Positions 57,686-64,000 of a DNA stretch of 64,000 nt are shown piece after piece; the stretch's first letter is position 1; each line of letters starts with the position of its first letter. Origin of the DNA: Spirogloea muscicola (lineage: Eukaryota); assembly GCA_009602725.1 (NCBI GenBank), contig WELB01000002.1, forward strand, positions 848,151-912,150, in the 5' to 3' direction. The notes beneath the pieces were generated by a model, which did no database searches, was not told the origin of the DNA, and saw only the letters and a program-made list of their open reading frames with translations. The position numbers and the translations under genes were made by a program.

Positions 57686-58657
57686 TCAGTAGCGACCAGG
57701 GAAAGTGCCATTCTCTCGTTGTTCGTTCCACTTGTCGACCTGCACAAGGGCCACATGACTTGAGGTATATCTTTCACTCATCTCTCACCGAGTCCTCAGC
57801 AAAGGCAGACCTGTAGCTTAAGCCCAGAGGCACAGCCCACAACATGGTGCTCCGCGATGAGGGGAATTGAGGTGGCAATGAAACTGATCTTCGTCATGAG
57901 GACCCTCTGATTGTGAGTGCTTACCCAGTCTCCAGGGCAGAGTGAGCGATAGTACTTTTGGAACTTTGCACATTCCTGGGCCCCTTCCCCCTTCTCAGTA
58001 ACGCACCTACCAAGCAATCCAAAGGCCGGTGAGAAGCTGTGCCAGGCCGATGAGCAGGCATCTCAATAAGTCGAGTTGAGCTGGGGCTGGACCAGGCCAC
58101 AAGGAGGCTGGCTGCGCAGCCGTCAGCTGCCAGACAGATCGGGGAGGCGGTGCAAAGCGGCTCACTTGTGATATTCGTTGTACCGAGTGTAGCAGTGCTT
58201 GGCCTGGTTGGTCGTGGGAAAGCGGAAGTCGTGTGGCGCCGTCTTCACATCGTCCACCTGCATGATTCCCCACATCACAGCAAGGTCATGGGCTGCAGCT
58301 CGTGATCAGGAGAGCAACTGCGGATCCCAGGCGGCTGCAAGTGACGACCACCAAGGCCGCCCGTAGGCACGAAGGACGAGAGCGAGGGAGTGGCGGGCGC
58401 CGAGCTGGGTGGCCTGGCCAGGTGCGGCCCAGCGCCTCACCGAGATGACGTGCTTGGGCTCCTCCTCCTCCTCGCCGCCCTCGGGCTCCTGCTCCGCCTC
58501 CGGCTCCGCCTCCTCCGGCTCCCCCTCCGGCTCGTTGTCGGGGTGCGTCTCCGCCGCCGGGCTGGACAGCCCGTCCTCATGAGAGCCACGCTCGGTGGGG
58601 GGCAGAGAAGCGTCCGGCTGGTCGTCGGACGCGTCGGCGTCGGCGTCGGCGCCGGCG

Positions 58658-58700
<43 letters not shown>

Positions 58701-58892
58701 CGTCGTGTTTAGCAGGAGGAGCGGGCTGGGCAGGCTCGGCCTGCCGGCGCAGGCAGAGGGGCAATCGAGGATCCGCGGAGTCAGGCGTGTGCCCAGTTGG
58801 AGAAGGGGGGGAGGGGCCTAGAGAGCGGAGGAGGGGTCACGTACGGGATGGGGCTCGTGCGCCTCCTCCATGCGCGCCACGGAGTTGCCCAT
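57686..58892 (-). CDS. COX6B: Cytochrome c oxidase subunit 6b with long acidic N-terminal extension. Exons: 58892-58845, 58740-58441, 58257-58166, 58006-57925, 57739-57686
   Basis: KTAPHDFRFPTTNQAKHCYTRYNEYHKC..ECAKFQKYYRSLCPGDWVDKWNEQRENGTFPG. The first exon is less certain. Confidence 0.93.
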
Positions 58893-59084
58893 GGCGGCGG
58901 CGGTGGCGGCGGCGGCGGCGCGCGAGCTTGCGGGTGGTGGAGGAATGGCTCACCCGCGCTCTCGATCAGACACCTCAGTGGCAGCCGAGTGTGCAGACGG
59001 CCGGTATGCGGGGCATCACTCGGCGACCTCTATGTTGCTATATGCTTCATTTAACTCGTGGTCCCTGAGCGGATCAGCTCATAG

Positions 59085-60600
59085 CAGGAAGCGCGGCCAG
59101 ATTGACTGGTGGCTGGGAAAGAAAGGAGGAAGTGCTCGCCCATTGAGAATAGAAGGTGCTCGCCCATTGAGAAGAGGGGCTGGCAAAGCCAACCCAAAAA
59201 GAATGGACAGTATCCAAAGCCATAGAAAACAGAAGGTGCTCGCCCATTGAGAAGAGGGGCTGGCAAAGCCAGCAAAGCCAACCCAAAAAGAATGGACAAT
59301 TCTTCAGGCCCCTTCGTAGCTGCTAAGCGTTTTTCCCTTCGAGCCTTTGCCAATTCATTTCGGGCTGGCTTTTCACAGCCCTTGCCCCCGCTGGCAGTGC
59401 CACTTCTTTCCAGGCCTGGGAAAGAAGAAAGCGCGGCCAGATTGACTGGTGGCCGGGAAAGGCCAGCCCAAAGGAATGGACAAGGTCTGAGGGAGCCTGA
59501 GTGCGAAGGACTAGGACTAAGACATCAGCCAGGGAGAAGGCGCGCGCGGGGCGCATGAAATGAAATGGAGGCCAATTCAAGCCGACACATTGTTCAGGCA
59601 GAGTCTTGGACAAACTAAACAGGGTTACATACTACGGAAACCGAAACCAAGGTGCCTAAGGTGACATCAGTACCCACAGGTGAGCACAAACAAATCCGAC
59701 AAGCTAACGTGAGGAGCTGGAGCGCCGACACGAAAGCCGGAGGCCTGACTTAAAGCGCGCCCTGCACGTTGATGAAGAGCCAGGGAACGCTCAGTGACCT
59801 CTACTCAGGAGATACAAGTCTGCGTAGCTAGCCGGCGGAAAGACATCGCCCTGGCGGAAGCCGGAGGAAAGCGCGGCCAGATTGACTGGTGGCTGGGAAA
59901 GGAAAGGACATTTAAGGCTTAGGGTTGTCAAGGCCCCACGAACCGCATTNCCGCCGGCCTGTCGGGTGGCCACCAGGTCTACACGCCTGGCATGGAGACC
60001 GTCGGCCCTGTGCTGGATTGGCATGATTCCGGAGTGCTCTGCTGGAAGTGGGTCCCCTGGACAGAGCCAGAGGCAGCAGCGAGGGCTCTCCCGGCACGAA
60101 GGTGCAGCGCACGGGCCATGGACCTCTGCAGCGAGACGGCCAAGCGCATGCGATACACTTGCGCCAGCGACCCGGCTGCAGGAAAGTCTACCGGTTCACC
60201 ATGGAAGCGACGGGCGATTGCGTGGCGGGCGAGCTGGTTAAGTAGCTCAAGCCACCGAGCGCCCAGTGCCCCATGGATGTCAATTGCCAACGGGAAGAAC
60301 TCGTCTTCCGGTGGATGGTCGGCGTACTTGATTGAAAAAGAATGAACAGAGTACGAGAAGGGGGCCAGGGGAAGCGCTAAGTAACAGAAACAAAGAATGA
60401 ACAAAGAACGAGAAGGGGGCCAGAGGAAGCCAGAGGAAGCGCTAAGAAACCAAAGCACACAAAGAAAGAAAGCAGCTACAAATTACTCAGTAACCCCTGC
60501 TAAGCAACCGCAAATCAGAGAGGCTAGGGTCCTGGAAAGAAAGGGCTCGCCCATTGAGGATAGGGGCTGGACAAGCCAGCCCAAAGGAATGGACAATGCT
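59085..60600 (-). mobile_element. Co-oriented stack of CRE-like 3' ends
   Basis: Repeated terminal motifs; KYADHPPEDEFFPLAIDIHGALG; two ..DL.LLSRG(Y/H)* C-termini. Confidence 0.85.
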
Positions 60601-60762
60601 GCTCATAGGGTTGAGAGCAGGAGGTGATGTACGTCCGCCAACACTGCCCGGGCTTTGTGCTCGGGCCTTCTCACACTCTCCCGTTGCCTGCGCACCGCGC
60701 CCCTCCTTCCACCTCTGCCGCCACCTCTGCGGCCCGGAGTCCGCCGCCGCCTCCGCCCCGCC

Positions 60763-63700
60763 ATGGCCCGCTCCGCCGCAGGTGACGCGCCCCCGCCCGC
60801 CCGCCTCGCCTCGCCTCCAATGCGGCGGCGCTGCGCCCCTGGCCCAGAGACAGGCGGCCAGACCGCCCCGCCCTGCACCCTCTCCACAGCCTCCGCCGCT
60901 CTGCCTTGGCCGCACTGCTGCACCTCTGCCGCGTGCTTCTACGTCCGCTTGATAGCTTCGCCGCTTCTCTGCACAGGGTGATGGGCCCCCTTGTGCGAGC
61001 GGCGCGCCCGCTGCGCTGCCGAGAAAATAGGCGCTGCTGGAGGCCCCTTGGTCAAGGTGATTGGCACGAGTCGGCTGGGCTCTGGACGCGGCCTCCTTCA
61101 GGGCATGTGCTTGCCATGGTCGACCGAGCGCAGAACTGTGAAGCCGGGATTACGTCACGAGGATGGGCTCCAATGGCCTCCTGCCTGGTGCAAGAGTAAT
61201 GCATGTGAGCTCCTTGGAAGCTGAAGCTGGACTGCACAAGGCTAGCCACTCTGCAGCAGCTCTGCAGGTTGGATGGCAATTGCCTCGTTACCTCACAACT
61301 CGATGGTGCGCAGGACCTCATCACCTCAGCGCTTGGTGCTTATCTGAACTCGCTACAGTGATCTCCCTGCGCTTTGCACCTGTCCTGTGGCAACAGTTAG
61401 GGTTTGGCAATGATGCTTATATACCTGTCCACTGATCTTGGCAACTTGCAGAGCAGCAAGAGAAGGCGTATCTTAGAGTCCTGCCCTGTGAAAGACTCAA
61501 AAGCACCCAGTCACAGCTCGGAGAACTCAGCTGGCATCCCTAAAAACCCACGGGAAACACCTGAGGTCCATAACACAAACTCAGTCCTTTGTCACTGATG
61601 TGCAGCACTTTATTAGGACTCTTGAGCCCATCAGCTTGCTATTACTATTGTTGAGCGAAAGATCTAGCAAGCAGGGTCCCTAGTGGATGATACCAGTTAC
61701 ATGTTGATCAGTGTATGTTATGTGACTCTGCCGTCTTCGGTCGCTCACAAGGGGTTGCGCCTAGGATTAGTCCACTGCCGGGAGCTTATTATATAGATGT
61801 CAGCACAATCGATTTCCAAGCCTCGGGCTTTTAACACACTCTCATGCTGGTCTGGCACACGAACATTCATTGTGGGTCTTTGTGCAGAGCCTGCTTCCTT
61901 CAAGCATTGCAGCCAATGGCGCTTCTGTGGCTGAGAAGAGACCACCTTTACTCAAAAAGCAGCAGCAACTAGCAGCCTCCTCTCCTGTCAGGTACAAAGT
62001 GCACATCTTGCGGGATGACAGAGCTGTTGTCTCCTTGACTTCTCGAGTAGGCTAGTATTTCATGCGTTCTCTGAGGACAGGGACAGCAAACAGCAGTGCA
62101 CAATCTGTTGTGGTTCTGCTGGCAGAACCTACTTATGGCTGCTAGATGGATAGCCCAAACAGTGCGGCTTTTGGCAGTTGCTCATGTGCAATTTGCATTT
62201 TGCTGCTGACTTCATGCTGATGAAGGCCTCTTGTTTTCAGGAGTCGCAGACAAGCTGCATGCTCTGAGGAGGATGCAGCTTCAGAGCTCAACAATGCAGT
62301 TGTGAATGGGCTACATAAGCCACTCAAGGAGGAGGCCAAAGATGCGGCCCTGCCCAGGCACGTGCAATCAAGCGGGCAAGAGGAGGAAGTAGAAGGGTGG
62401 ATGTATGCTGGGGCGGATGGCAGGTTGAGCGGGCCGTACCCCTTGGCCCAGCTGGAGCAGGGTCTCGCCACTGGCTTCCTACCTGGGGAGCTACCTGTGC
62501 ATCGTGTCAAGGATGGTGTTGTTGGGCCTCCCTTACTTCTGCAGCTGGCTTTGGTGCTCCGCAAACTCTCTGTACCACCTGGGCCTAAGAAGCAGAAAGG
62601 TCAGGGCCAACACTCCTCATTGGTGGTCATTCAAGAGCCTCTGCAGCACGGGCAGCAAGCAGCGAAGACAGCGGCGCTATTGCAATGCTCACAGCCTTCT
62701 GAGGGCCCTCCGTATGGAAAGGAGCAGCATGGAGCTGCTGTTGCAGTAATCACTGGAACACGATCAAAGCGCATGTTGGCATTGGGGAATGGACACTTGC
62801 CATCGCAAGGAGCTTCCGCTCGGGTTGCCTGCTGCCCAGATGTAAGTGTCTACTTTTTATCCTCCTCAAGCATCAGACAAGTATTTGCAACCGAAGCATA
62901 GCAATCTGACCTGTAACCTTTAAGTGAGCTAACTCATGGACACAGTGCCTCGTCACCTGAGCAGATGTGGGAGGAGGTGGCCTGGCTGTACCACGGTGTG
63001 CACGGGGAGCACGTGGGGCCGTTCTCGCTCACGCATCTTCGCCATTGGTCGTATCATGGCCAACTTCCACCTCATGCCCCGGTAGACCACCAACTCTAGA
63101 CCTTCCACGCAGCTTTCCTCGCTTGAAAATATGAGCTCTGCTAAGAGTCACTTTTATATGAGCAATATGATCTGCACTTTCTGCCAGGTCTGGCATGCCC
63201 GCGGACTTGTACCTGGGATGCCCCTTCAGCAGCTCATCAGAGCCGCAGAGAGTGGGCAACTGGCTGGTCCTCTCCGTCAAGCACATATGCAAAGCATGCA
63301 CAGTGCTTTGGCAGCCGTACGCAGCCACCTCCATGCAGCCAGCGTACGCTTCCTTCAAAGCCGCATGCTAGATGCTGTCATTTCACAGAATCTAAGTAAT
63401 TGGCTGGCAAACGCGGTTCACACTGGCTGGACGCAGTCGTCAGCAACTCCAGTAATAGGCGATTCCTTACAAGAGGTATGTATTTGACTTCTCACTGCCA
63501 CCTGTTGTCTACTACTGCCCTTTTCTCCAAGCAAGGTGCACTTGCTATTTCTGCAAGGAGGGTGGGCTCTCAACAGCCCACCTCCCATCTGTGCACCTGG
63601 CTTCACTTTTGGCAGGGTGCTGCAAAGGAAGAGGCCTCAAGGCAGCAGGCAGAGTTTCCAAGCAGCCTCGATCCGTTGCTTGCTGAGGCACGGCGAATGC

Positions 63701-64000
63701 TTCTGGAGCTAAAGCAGCAGCAACAAGTTCAGGAGCTTCAAGTAGCAGCAGACGAGGACAAGGAAGTTGGAGGAGAGAGATTGGCAGAGCAGCACAGATG
63801 TCATGGCCGCTCAGCTTCGAAACAAGTCTATCCACCAGGATTTGGCCCTCAGGCCGACATGGTTTCTTGTTCTCCTCCTACTTTTGGGCTACAGCTTACT
63901 GATGCTCAGGTTGCAGGGACACTGTTGCAAGATCTTACCTCTCAGGCAGATCATGCAGCACCGAAGTGTGACACTACGCCAACCCCAGAGGAAGCCTCAG
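60763..64000 (+). CDS. ATXR7: Double-GYF protein, ATXR7/SDG25-like histone methyltransferase, 5' part. Clear exons 62241-62841, 62965-63081, 63188-63475; start uncertain; continues beyond the window
   Basis: GWMYAGADGRLSGPYPLAQLEQGLATGFLP and WLYHGVHGEHVGPFSLTHLRHW, then MLDAVISQNLSNWL, resembling the ATXR7 N-terminus as recalled. The SET domain is not in the window. Confidence 0.65.

Overview
Eukaryotic, GC-rich, intron-containing nuclear DNA. The genes are land-plant-like with short GT-AG introns, which suggests a streptophyte alga; the species cannot be proven from sequence alone. About 2.6-52.8 kb is a dense nest of degenerate retroelements of two kinds: Ty3/gypsy chromoviruses (TG..CA LTRs, iMet PBS, PPT, chromodomain, several 5-bp TSDs readable by eye) and many fragments of a CRE-like non-LTR retrotransposon that share a conserved 3' stem-loop. 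Four host genes are visible: the 3' two-thirds of an ABCC1/2-type ABC transporter (minus strand, 37050-42420, 5' part missing at a gap), a complete CCR4 deadenylase (plus), a complete COX6b with an acidic N-terminal extension (minus), and the 5' part of an ATXR7-like double-GYF gene (plus). Main leads: (1) a conserved splice donor/acceptor pair that would make a Gag-only mRNA from a single gag-pol ORF; (2) two LTR insertions at the same base pair (triple CGGTC), one of which brackets the ABCC fragment, which is either a mis-scaffold or a capture; (3) a minimal 62-bp retroposed unit made only of the CRE 3' hairpin; (4) a TSD-flanked insert that looks like an mRNA 3' end. All calls are by eye; no searches were run.
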